A program made the translations under genes and the position numbers. Below, in pieces: positions 27,683 through 36,215 of a DNA stretch of 64,000 bases (its first letter is position 1; every line of letters begins with the position of its first letter). The notes under the pieces are model-generated. The model was not told the origin of the DNA. It did not search any database and saw nothing but the letters and a program-made list of their open reading frames with translations. The stretch is from an uncultured Acidobacteriaceae bacterium (lineage in GTDB: Bacteria; Acidobacteriota; Terriglobia; Terriglobales; Acidobacteriaceae), in the NCBI GenBank assembly GCA_964252655.1, contig CAXUNR010000001.1, positions 151,863-215,862 of the forward strand, read 5' to 3'.

Positions 27683-29101
27683 ATGCCATCCAGCCAAAAA
27701 GCAGTTTTAGATATCCGGCACCTTGCCGAGAATACCCGCGTCACCGTTCGTCGTGAGGGCAGTCCCGATCCGAAGGGGAAATGCGTTGTGTACTGGATGC
27801 AGAGGGCTGAGCGGGGAGTTGACAACCACGCCGTCAACTTAGCGGTCGAGCTTGCAAACCGGCTCGCACTCCCGCTTGTGGTGTATTTCGCCGGCATCTC
27901 GAACTTCCCTCACGCAAATTTGCGCCACTATGCGTTTTTGAACCAGGGTCTTCCCGACATCGAGGAGGATTTGGCCAAACGTAATATCAGCTTCGTTATG
28001 CGCCGCGCACCCAACGAGTCGCATGAGCGTTTCTTGGCGGATGTTCAGGCGGCGATGGTGATTGGCGACGAGAACCCGATGCGTGAACCGGAGCGCTGGC
28101 GCAAACAGCTCGCGGAGCGTATCTGGATCCCTTTCTGGACGGTGGATGCGGATGTCATTGTGCCGTCGAAGCTGATCGAGAAGGCGCAATACGGGGCCTA
28201 TACGATTCGTCCACGGCTTTATCGTTTGCTTCCGGAGTACCTTGTTCCTTATGAGAACCCACATGCCGAGCACGCTTGGAAGCGTCCGGAAAGCTTTTAC
28301 TCCGACGATGTGCGGGCGGATATGACTGAGGGCTGGACCGATTTTGACCGTAGCGTCAAGCCGGTGGCGGCCTGGAAGGGTGGAACCCATGCGGGCCTGG
28401 CTCGACTGGAGCGGTTTACCTCCAAGATGCTGGGAGAATATAGCGAGACACGGAACCATCCAGAGGTGGACGGGACTTCGGCTATGTCGCCCTACCTGCA
28501 TTACGGCCATGTGGGCTCGCAGACGATTGCATTGGCGGTGGCTAAGGCCGCTGAGGCGAATCCTGCGCTGAAGGAGGCAAAGGAGGGCTACTTCAACGAG
28601 CTGATTGCCTGGCGGGAGCTATCAATTAACTTTGTAAAATACAACCCGCAGTACGATTCGACGGAGTGTGCGGAAGATTGGGCGAAGAAGACGATTGCGG
28701 CGCATGCACACGATGTACGGAATCCGCTCTACAGCCTGGAGCAACTGGAGCGCGCGGAGACCTATGACGAACTTTGGAATGCGGCGCAAATCCAGATGGT
28801 CGAGAACGGCTGGATGCATAATTACATGCGCATGTACTGGGGTAAGAAGATTTTAGAGTGGACTCCGGATGTAGCGACGGCGATGAAGTATGGCGTGTAT
28901 CTGAACGACAAGTACTTCCTCGATGGACGGGACCCGAACGGCTATTCGGGTCTGGCCTGGTCGATGGTTGGCAAATTTGATCGTGCCTGGGGCGAGCGGG
29001 TAATTTTTGGGAAGATCCGCTATATGTCGGGTGCGAGCACAAGTAAGAAGTTCGACTCAAAGGCCTATATTGCCGCAATGCGGGCTTTGCGGAAGGGCTA
29101 A
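27683..29101 (+). CDS. phr: Class II CPD deoxyribodipyrimidine photolyase
   Basis: 472 aa with the FAD-binding region WNAAQIQMVENGWMHNYMRMYWGKKILEW. Length and N-terminus fit class II enzymes. Confidence 0.85.
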   Translation: MPSSQKAVLDIRHLAENTRVTVRREGSPDPKGKCVVYWMQRAERGVDNHAVNLAVELANRLALPLVVYFAGISNFPHANLRHYAFLNQGLPDIEEDLAKRNISFVMRRAPNESHERFLADVQAAMVIGDENPMREPERWRKQLAERIWIPFWTVDADVIVPSKLIEKAQYGAYTIRPRLYRLLPEYLVPYENPHAEHAWKRPESFYSDDVRADMTEGWTDFDRSVKPVAAWKGGTHAGLARLERFTSKMLGEYSETRNHPEVDGTSAMSPYLHYGHVGSQTIALAVAKAAEANPALKEAKEGYFNELIAWRELSINFVKYNPQYDSTECAEDWAKKTIAAHAHDVRNPLYSLEQLERAETYDELWNAAQIQMVENGWMHNYMRMYWGKKILEWTPDVATAMKYGVYLNDKYFLDGRDPNGYSGLAWSMVGKFDRAWGERVIFGKIRYMSGASTSKKFDSKAYIAAMRALRKG

Positions 29102-29249
29102 GAGGCTGCCGCCTCAAAGAACATGAATCCGTATGCTCCCATCGCGAAAAAACAGCTCTGCCAAGGAACGGGGCATTCGGCTACCAGAACGAATACTGAA
29201 CCCTTCACCGGCGTAGCAGGAATGTAATTATGCCACGGCGGACAAGGGT

Positions 29250-29429
29250 CTAAAAGATGCTCATCAGACTCGCCCCTATATTGGCAAGCCAATTGACGGC
29301 CGTGGAAAACCCCTTCAAAGAAACGATCACGCTGAATGCTACCAGCGTGATGACCAAGGCGTACTCAACGACATCCTGGCCTCCTTCGTCTGAGACCATT
29401 TTATTTCGCCACCGCGAGCTATGTTTCAT
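29250..29429 (-). CDS. flp: Flp/Fap-family type IVb pilin precursor (59 aa, absent from the ORF track)
   Basis: My translation is MKHSSRWRNKMVSDEGGQDVVEYALVITLVAFSVIVSLKGFSTAVNWLANIGASLMSIF*. The G/xxxxEY Flp processing motif is followed by a hydrophobic helix. A strong SD, GGAGGAAGGAAGGAAGGA, runs directly into the ATG. Confidence 0.8.
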   Translation of the reverse strand: MKHSSRWRNKMVSDEGGQDVVEYALVITLVAFSVIVSLKGFSTAVNWLANIGASLMSIF

Positions 29430-29657
29430 TCCTTCCTTCCTTCCTCCATCCGGGCAAAAAGAATCTTTCCCAACGGGCTATCTAAGGGCTTTATCGGCAG
29501 CAAATGAAATTTCATCAGTGCGCTAACAAGTTTTTCTGATTCTTTTTCGCATTGAACTTGATTCCATAGTCGACAAGTCATTGAAAGCTTCTAAACGCCA
29601 AGGTGACAAGTTCGCAGATGGCCGCGCCGACGCGTAGAATGACGCTACCTTACGGCT

Positions 29658-30935
29658 ATGCTACGTCTCAAACGCTTCCTATCGCGCAATCTGTGCTTCT
29701 CCCTGCAGGTACAGCGCGCCTTGCTCGTGTCAGCGTGTGTCTTCAGCGCGAGCCAGTTGGGTGCGGCTGTCGCCCAGTCTGCGGGCAGCCTAGAGCCTGA
29801 GGTGACCCATACGGCGTTCGGCACCACCGAGATCGGCGCTTTGGCTACGGTGCCGTACCGGATCGATGTTCCGGCGGCCTGGAACCATTCGCTGGTGGTG
29901 TACTTCCATGGCTACGCGGAAGGGCCGTTCACCTACCGCGCGAGCACTCCGTTGACCGAGCAGACACAGCCGATCTTCGACCGCGGCTATGCCATTATCC
30001 AGTCCGGCTACTCCGCTCCGGGGTGGGCCGTGGCGGAGGCCTATCCGGAGACGGAGCAGCTGCGCCAGTACTTTATCAAGCACTACGGGCAGCCGGCGCA
30101 GGGCAAAAAAGCCGCGCGGCAGATGGAAACTCTCGTCGAGGGGGGCTCGATGGGCGGTGCGCTGGTGACGGCGGAGCTGGAACTCAACTCTCAGCCGTAC
30201 TCCGGCGGGCTCGATCTATGCGGTTCGGTGGGGCCCACCGATCTTGCCTTCCAGCGGCGGTTTGCCTGGCGAGCTGCCTTTGACTTCTACTTTCCCGGGC
30301 TTTTGCCGACGCTGGTTCCCTCTCCCCCGGATTTCCAGGAGTCCCGCGGTCTGCGCCGGCGGGCCGAGGATGCGCTCAAGGCTAATCTTATGGCGGCGAC
30401 CTTTATGCGCAACCTGACCGGCCTGCATACGGATGCCGAAGTCGCCGACGCCATGGTGTACTTCACATACGTGATAGCTGATATGCAGCGCCGCGCGGGA
30501 GGCAATCCGTTTGACAATCGCAACCTTCTTTATACCGGTACAAACCCAGGAAGCTCGGCTTCGGACAATGTACTGAACGACGGAGTCCGCCGCTATGCTG
30601 CGGATCCTCACGCGCGGGAGTACCTGGTGCGCCATTACACGCCGAACGGGCGGCTAAACCGTCCCATGTTGGCCCTCCACACGACGTATGACCCGCGCAT
30701 TCCTACCAGCACGCTTGCGCTTTATAACGAACAGGTAGCGATTGCCGGGTTCTCTCAGAATTTGGTGCAGCAGTACGTTCACCGTGACGGCCACTGCACC
30801 TTCACCGCAGACGAGGTTGGCCGCAGCTTTGACGAGTTGATCCTCTGGATCCATACCGGCCATCGGCCTACGCCCGGTTTGCTGCCCGCTGCCGCTGCTC
30901 CGCGGCCCGCCATTAATGTGACAGAAGGTCGTTGA
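29658..30935 (+). CDS. Secreted alpha/beta-hydrolase-fold protein
   Basis: Signal peptide, a VVYFHGY strand and a nucleophile elbow GGSMGG. The exact family is not recognised. Confidence 0.6.
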   Translation: MLRLKRFLSRNLCFSLQVQRALLVSACVFSASQLGAAVAQSAGSLEPEVTHTAFGTTEIGALATVPYRIDVPAAWNHSLVVYFHGYAEGPFTYRASTPLTEQTQPIFDRGYAIIQSGYSAPGWAVAEAYPETEQLRQYFIKHYGQPAQGKKAARQMETLVEGGSMGGALVTAELELNSQPYSGGLDLCGSVGPTDLAFQRRFAWRAAFDFYFPGLLPTLVPSPPDFQESRGLRRRAEDALKANLMAATFMRNLTGLHTDAEVADAMVYFTYVIADMQRRAGGNPFDNRNLLYTGTNPGSSASDNVLNDGVRRYAADPHAREYLVRHYTPNGRLNRPMLALHTTYDPRIPTSTLALYNEQVAIAGFSQNLVQQYVHRDGHCTFTADEVGRSFDELILWIHTGHRPTPGLLPAAAAPRPAINVTEGR

Positions 30936-30990
30936 GGAAGGACGGCGAAATGCGGCGGACAGAGTGCCGCGGTTCGCCGTCCGGCAAACC

Positions 30991-33171
30991 TCAGTGAGCT
31001 ACGTAGTTCCAGTAGAGCGCGAGGTTAGTCGCGTTCAAGGAGCCGATGCCCGTTGCAAAGTCCCAACCAACACCTGTGCCATACGCGGGTACGTCGCTTG
31101 CGTTTGAGGTGGAGAGCACGCCATACGTTCCGGAAGGCTTGTAGCAGTTGTGCGTTCCCGTGCAGACCACGTCGTTGTCGCCAGAAGTTACGTCATAGAA
31201 GAAGCAGTTTCCTCCCACGCCGCTTCCTTTGCTTGCGTTACAGGTGGTGCTGCCACTACTGCCGTACTCCATCCCTGCAAGGTTGTAGTAGGTGGGGTTC
31301 GGATTTCCCCAGCTTGACCCGGTGTACTGATTCACCATGGATTGGATGCCGGCCATGATGGGCGAGGCGAAGCTTGTACCTCCCGCACCGGACCACGTGC
31401 TTGGCGCTCCTGCGCAGGAGGCTCCCTTGTTGTGCGTGTCCGTATCGCAGTACACGTAATAGTGTCCCCAGACTCCGTTCGCGGCGAAGAGCGAGACATC
31501 AGGAAGGTCACGCACGCCGTCTGATGGGACTCCCACCAGGCTTTGCCAGGAGGGTTTGGCATATCCTTTGCAGGTACCGCTTACCACGCCGGCAACGGAC
31601 GGCGCACCCGTGGCGCAACCCGATGGTCCTCCGGAGCCGGAGGCCGTGGTGAGAAACGGTTTGCCTGCCGCGGAGTTGCAGAAGCCGCTGGTGCCATAGG
31701 TCAGGTTATAGCCGTAGAAGCCTGCCAGCAGGGAGCTTGCGCAGGAGTCGTTCCAGGGGATCTCCGGGATGTATCCTTTGGCCGAACCGAAGGTACTGGT
31801 GTTGGTTGAGTTCCAGTAGCTGGCCGTCGTGCCGGTCACGGTATCACCAAAGTCGGTGCCGCCAACAGCGACGTTGTAGGGCGTACTAGCGAAGCCGCTG
31901 ACCGTGATGCCGTGGGTCGCATAAGTTGCGTCTGCGTCCGAGCTGGCCGCGCCCTCGTCGCCTGACGAGACGAAGACCGAGACGCCTTCGGCCGCGGCGG
32001 TTTGATAAGCCGAAGCATACGACGCATTGGCCGCTGAGCCATTTACGCTTTCGCTCTCGCCATAGCTGATGCTGACGATCTTCGGAGGATTGGCCGCGCT
32101 CAGGAGATTATTAAGCGCAATTAGCCCGCCGAACGTCGTACGGGTGCTGGCGCAACTTGCCAGCACAATGGCCGCCGAAGGGGCCGCGGCGCTCGCCCAT
32201 TCTGCATCGAGGATCGCCTCTCCGTCATCTGTCGTCACCCCCGGATTTGTACAGTTTGTTCCCGGATGCACTTGTGTGAAGGAGCCCGCAGTATAGGAGG
32301 AGAGACCAAATGCGTTGCGGAAGGTGGTCCAGTCTGAGGTTGCGTATACGTTCGTGTCTTCAATGACGGCGATCGTCTGTCCCTGGCCAGAATATCCGGC
32401 GTGGAACAGCGCATTCAGGTTATAGATCGTTGCCAAATCAGCAGGCACCACCGCCTCATAGGTACCCGTGCTGGAGGTGTAGGTATAGTTTGGCGCGGCA
32501 GTGGTCTGCGCACCAGTATGTACGTTGAGGTGCGTCGTCTGCAGGTCCTTATGCATCGCATGCGGACGGAAGTCGGTCAAGCTGGTTACGCCGGCCACGA
32601 TGCCGACCAGGGCGGCCGGAATCTCCGGATCTTGCGTGTTCGCCAGGTGCGTTTCGCCGTTGACGACCAGTTGATGCAGATTGGCATGGAAGGCCGTGTT
32701 GACCTGGCGCGCGGTCCCGGAGAAATCGATCACCATGCCGTTCGCGTACACCTGATTGACGGTCAAGCCTTGGCTCGTCAACCACAAAGTGACCGCTGCG
32801 AGATCGGACGCAGCCGGACCGTACTGCTGCCCGAGCGCCTGCGCTGTCAACCATTTGTGGTAATTGGGCGAATTTGCATCATTCAGCGTGGCTAAATACG
32901 CGGTCAGCGCCGCCTCTGCCGCGTCCGATCGCTTTAGCTGCAGCAGCATGTGGTCGAGCGGCAGAGCGTCCTCAACCGCGCCCTGGTCATTGGCGGGATC
33001 GAGCGCCGCGGCACGCACATTGCCGGCAAGCGTGATGAGCTTCGCATCGTCGACCTTCTCAGTCATGACGGAGCGGCGCAGGTTCTGCGCAGCCAAAGGC
33101 AAGCAGGCAGCAGCGGAAAACAGCGTTGCTGTCGCCAGGAGCCGCGAGGCAGGACGGAACGGATAAGACAT
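30991..33171 (-). CDS. S53 (sedolisin/kumamolisin-like) serine peptidase with pro-domain
   Basis: 726 aa with a signal peptide and a pro-kumamolisin-like activation region. Catalytic motifs are SGDEGAAS and GGTSFASPIMAG. SD AAGGAGA precedes the ATG. Confidence 0.85.
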   Translation of the reverse strand: MSYPFRPASRLLATATLFSAAACLPLAAQNLRRSVMTEKVDDAKLITLAGNVRAAALDPANDQGAVEDALPLDHMLLQLKRSDAAEAALTAYLATLNDANSPNYHKWLTAQALGQQYGPAASDLAAVTLWLTSQGLTVNQVYANGMVIDFSGTARQVNTAFHANLHQLVVNGETHLANTQDPEIPAALVGIVAGVTSLTDFRPHAMHKDLQTTHLNVHTGAQTTAAPNYTYTSSTGTYEAVVPADLATIYNLNALFHAGYSGQGQTIAVIEDTNVYATSDWTTFRNAFGLSSYTAGSFTQVHPGTNCTNPGVTTDDGEAILDAEWASAAAPSAAIVLASCASTRTTFGGLIALNNLLSAANPPKIVSISYGESESVNGSAANASYASAYQTAAAEGVSVFVSSGDEGAASSDADATYATHGITVSGFASTPYNVAVGGTDFGDTVTGTTASYWNSTNTSTFGSAKGYIPEIPWNDSCASSLLAGFYGYNLTYGTSGFCNSAAGKPFLTTASGSGGPSGCATGAPSVAGVVSGTCKGYAKPSWQSLVGVPSDGVRDLPDVSLFAANGVWGHYYVYCDTDTHNKGASCAGAPSTWSGAGGTSFASPIMAGIQSMVNQYTGSSWGNPNPTYYNLAGMEYGSSGSTTCNASKGSGVGGNCFFYDVTSGDNDVVCTGTHNCYKPSGTYGVLSTSNASDVPAYGTGVGWDFATGIGSLNATNLALYWNYVAH

Positions 33172-33334
33172 AGGGTCTCCTTAGTAAAGCGAAGTGCGTA
33201 GACCGGGGCAGGAGGAGCAGCAAGACTTGGCGGCGGAGGTGTGACTCGTCGATCTCTGGCTGAGAGCGTACCCCATGCTGCTGCGCCGCGCAATCCCACG
33301 CCCAGGGCGCACCTCCCAAGGGGTCAGACTTGGG

Positions 33335-34627
33335 CTAGCTGGTCATCCGAAGTGCGGAGTCTTCCTGCAGGGTGCGCCAGCCAATATCGCGGCGGAACTG
33401 CATGCCCGGAAACTTGATCTGATCCAGTGCGGCGTAGACCTTGGTAAGCGCCTCGTTCAGGTTTGTGCCGGCCGCGGAGACCGCCAGCACTCGCCCGCCT
33501 GAGGTGACCAGCTGGCCATCGCCGCGAAGCATTGTTCCTGCATGGAAGACGGCCACGTCGGCAGGTATGTCTCGTCCAAGTTGGATCAGCTTCCCGGTCT
33601 CATATGTGCCCGGGTAGCCCGCGCTTGCGGCGATCACGCAGGCACTGGCTCCCGGCTTCAGGCGAATCTTGAGTGTGCCTGCCCATCCTTTAACTGCCGC
33701 CTCCAGAATTTCCAATAAATCCGTCTCCAGCCGGAGTACCAGCGCCTCGGTCTCCGGATCGCCGAACCGAGTGTTGAACTCGAGCACCCTGGGTCCGTCG
33801 GGCGTCATCATTAGGCCGACGAACAGGACTCCGGCAAAGGGCATTCCCTCCGCGCGCATGCCGTCCACCACGCGCTGTGCCACATGCTCAAGCAGCCACG
33901 CGCTCATCTCCGGGGAGACCAAGCCGTCGGTCGAGTATGCGCCCATGCCGCCGGTGTTCGGCCCCGTGTCCCCCTCGCCGACCCGCTTATGATCCTGGGC
34001 GAACGCCAGCGTTACTGCACTGATTCCGTCGCACACTGCAAAAAAGGAGATCTCCGGCCCGTCTAGCCGCTCCTCGAGAAGCACATTGGCCGCCGCCATC
34101 CCAAGCAGCTCGCCGGAGAACATCTGCGTCGCCACTTGCAACGCTTGCTGCTGCGTATCGCAAACTACCACGCCCTTACCTGCTGCCAGACCGTCTACCT
34201 TCACGACCAAGCCACCGTTAAATCGCGGCAGTGCCGCTTCAAGCTCCGTCAGCGAAGGGCACACCTGGTACGCTGCGGTCGGGATAGCCCAGCGCTGCAT
34301 GAAATCTTTGGCAAACGCCTTGCTGGTCTCCAACTGAGCCGCTGCTTGGGTCGGCCCAAAGACCCGAATCCCGATTGCCTGCAGCGCGTCTACGGCACCG
34401 GCAGCGAGCGAAATCTCCGGTCCAATGACCACCAAGTCCGGCCGCTCCTGGCGCGTCAGTCGCTTAAGTGCCTCCGTGTCTGCTGCGTCCAGCGGCTCAC
34501 ATCGGGCGAGCTTCGCGATGCCGCCGTTGCCAGGCGCACAGATCACCTGCGTTACGCGAGGACTTTGTTGCAGAGCCCAAACCAGAGCATGCTCACGGCC
34601 GCCTCCACCTACCACCAGAACCTTCAT
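33335..34627 (-). CDS. purD: Phosphoribosylamine--glycine ligase
   Basis: 430 aa. MKVLVVGGGGREHALVWAL plus an ATP-grasp core. Confidence 0.95.
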   Translation of the reverse strand: MKVLVVGGGGREHALVWALQQSPRVTQVICAPGNGGIAKLARCEPLDAADTEALKRLTRQERPDLVVIGPEISLAAGAVDALQAIGIRVFGPTQAAAQLETSKAFAKDFMQRWAIPTAAYQVCPSLTELEAALPRFNGGLVVKVDGLAAGKGVVVCDTQQQALQVATQMFSGELLGMAAANVLLEERLDGPEISFFAVCDGISAVTLAFAQDHKRVGEGDTGPNTGGMGAYSTDGLVSPEMSAWLLEHVAQRVVDGMRAEGMPFAGVLFVGLMMTPDGPRVLEFNTRFGDPETEALVLRLETDLLEILEAAVKGWAGTLKIRLKPGASACVIAASAGYPGTYETGKLIQLGRDIPADVAVFHAGTMLRGDGQLVTSGGRVLAVSAAGTNLNEALTKVYAALDQIKFPGMQFRRDIGWRTLQEDSALRMTS

Positions 34628-34643
34628 CTCTAAAACGTAGCAC

Positions 34644-35591
34644 TCAGCGTGAGGCTACGGTAGGCAACTCGGTCTTTTGGACCAACGCCAGTGGCTCCTC
34701 AATCGGGCCACCCTGGTCCATGGACCAACGGCCGCGATGCAGGTAAAGGATCTCGCACGTCACTACCAGTTCCGGCTGAATGAGCAGTAGAGTTGCGAGG
34801 TACCGCTTTGTTTTTAAGACCATCTCGGCGCTTCCGCGAACTGGACGGCTGCGGCGTAGCGTTCCCGGCACCTGGGGCATTTCATACATCCTGAAATGAG
34901 TTTCCGGATGCTGTTCGCCAAAGTTCCATACGCACCGCGCTACCTGTTTGGGCGTCATTAGCGCAAAATCCGCCGCATGGTTGCTCCTTACAATCCCTGG
35001 ATAGTAGAAGTTAACTGCGTCTGCTACGAAATCCGCGCAGTTTTTTTTGTGCAGCCGGTACGCATGCCGATTATGGGTGCTGTTCATCAGTGCGACGAAT
35101 TGCTCGTCCTGCTGCCGCGTCGTATCCAGTTGATAGGCGTACACCTTCCGCGAATACAGCACTCCTACGGTCTCCCACCATTCACGATTCTGCTTAATCT
35201 TCTGTGTCCCGTCCGGAAAGTAGGCGGCAAGATGCTCCCGTCGATAGCTTTGCCGTAGCGCGTCCACCGTATCCTGCGTTGTAAACGGAAGAAACTGGTC
35301 CGGCTGGGAGGTCCCATACAAGAAGTCCAGCACGGGAGAACTGATCCAATCGAGTTGACCGATTTTGTCCAACCGCGCTATTACGGCACCCTGCGGCTCC
35401 CCTGGGACACACATGCGCAGCTTTACCGGTCCGTCGGCGCACACGCGGTCAAGATAAAGCGAAACATGGCCCACCGGCATAATCGTTCCCCAATTGCCGA
35501 ATGGCTCGCCGACCAGGACCGTCAGGGAAGCATGCGCAAACCCGGCCATCGGGCCGCATATCCCAAGGCAAAACGTTAAGATCCGCAGCAT
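34644..35591 (-). CDS. Hypothetical exported protein, possibly an LRAT/NlpC-P60-like papain fold
   Basis: Signal peptide (MLRILTFCLGICGPMAGFAHA). A His (PVGHVSLYL) lies upstream of an NCADFV motif that resembles the NCEHF catalytic-Cys motif. This is weak, motif-level evidence only. Confidence 0.55.
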   Translation of the reverse strand: MLRILTFCLGICGPMAGFAHASLTVLVGEPFGNWGTIMPVGHVSLYLDRVCADGPVKLRMCVPGEPQGAVIARLDKIGQLDWISSPVLDFLYGTSQPDQFLPFTTQDTVDALRQSYRREHLAAYFPDGTQKIKQNREWWETVGVLYSRKVYAYQLDTTRQQDEQFVALMNSTHNRHAYRLHKKNCADFVADAVNFYYPGIVRSNHAADFALMTPKQVARCVWNFGEQHPETHFRMYEMPQVPGTLRRSRPVRGSAEMVLKTKRYLATLLLIQPELVVTCEILYLHRGRWSMDQGGPIEEPLALVQKTELPTVASR

Positions 35592-35802
35592 CCGATACAC
35601 CCTCTCAATAGTCTGTTCGATCACGGAACGACCGCCTCCCACATGCAACTACGATGCGTTTGGCGAAGAACGGTTTGGCTTTTGGCGGTCGCTTGAACTT
35701 GTTTTGGCTCGGATTGCTTGCCGGAACGACGCCCTAGGCAAATTTCCTTCCAAACGTTTTCTGCATCCCACAAAATAAGCACTAACCAAGAAGTCAACAC
35801 TC

Positions 35803-35820
35803 TTGTTACTTCAGTAACAA
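35803..35820. promoter_or_regulatory. Perfect inverted repeat TTGTTAC-TTCA-GTAACAA (candidate operator)
   Basis: 7-4-7 palindrome in an AT-rich 306-bp intergenic region, about 135 bp upstream of the small-peptide gene. A few such repeats are expected by chance per 64 kb. Confidence 0.25.
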
Positions 35821-35954
35821 AAGCTGTTTATTAGGTGCTTAGATTATTGATTCCGATGGACTTAGAGGCGATTCGATCTTAGGGTTACAACATCTGGTTC
35901 AGCCAGTGCGACTTAGAAAATAACCCAAAAGACGTATCAAGAAAGGTTCAAACC

Positions 35955-36131
35955 ATGAAGCTCATCACTCGCCTCTTCGCTCTTTCACTCGTCGTCACCG
36001 GTGCAGTCGCCTCGACCCAGATCCACAACTCGGCCAGCGATATCCAGGTAGGCGCAAAGATGGGCATGATGCCGGCAGCTGGTTGCGACCCGACGGTGTC
36101 GGGCTGCCACATGTCTGACAGCGGAAAATAA
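35955..36131 (+). CDS. Small secreted Cys/Met/His-containing peptide (58 aa, absent from the ORF track)
   Basis: My translation is MKLITRLFALSLVVTGAVASTQIHNSASDIQVGAKMGMMPAAGCDPTVSGCHMSDSGK*. It has a clear Sec signal peptide. Third codon positions are about three-quarters G/C, although the surrounding DNA is AT-rich. Confidence 0.6.
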   Translation: MKLITRLFALSLVVTGAVASTQIHNSASDIQVGAKMGMMPAAGCDPTVSGCHMSDSGK

Positions 36132-36171
36132 CCAAACTAAAGTAACGATTTCCTAAAAACATTTTGTTTGT

Positions 36172-36210
36172 GAGCCCTTCCAATGCGCTATCTTGTGCGT
36201 GGAAGGGCTC
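36172..36210 (+). terminator. 11-bp perfect-stem hairpin between the peptide gene and the membrane-protein gene (attenuator or partial terminator)
   Basis: gagcccttcca (36172-36182), a 17-nt loop, then tggaagggctc (36200-36210), followed by ttcgc and the ATG at 36216. Confidence 0.45.
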
Positions 36211-36215
36211 TTCGC

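Noticed and set aside
29429-29447. (TTCC)4 tetranucleotide tract, which is (GGAA)4 on the coding strand of flp. I considered it as a slipped-strand phase-variation switch.
   Set aside because: Only four units are present. The tract is itself the SD, so gain or loss of a unit would still leave an SD at workable spacing. Nothing indicates on/off switching.
30940-30982. 10-bp perfect stem (GGACGGCGAA / TTCGCCGTCC) between the convergent hydrolase and S53 peptidase genes, considered as an intrinsic terminator.
   Set aside because: It is probably a terminator-like structure, but it lacks U-tracts on either strand, so I did not list it as a feature.
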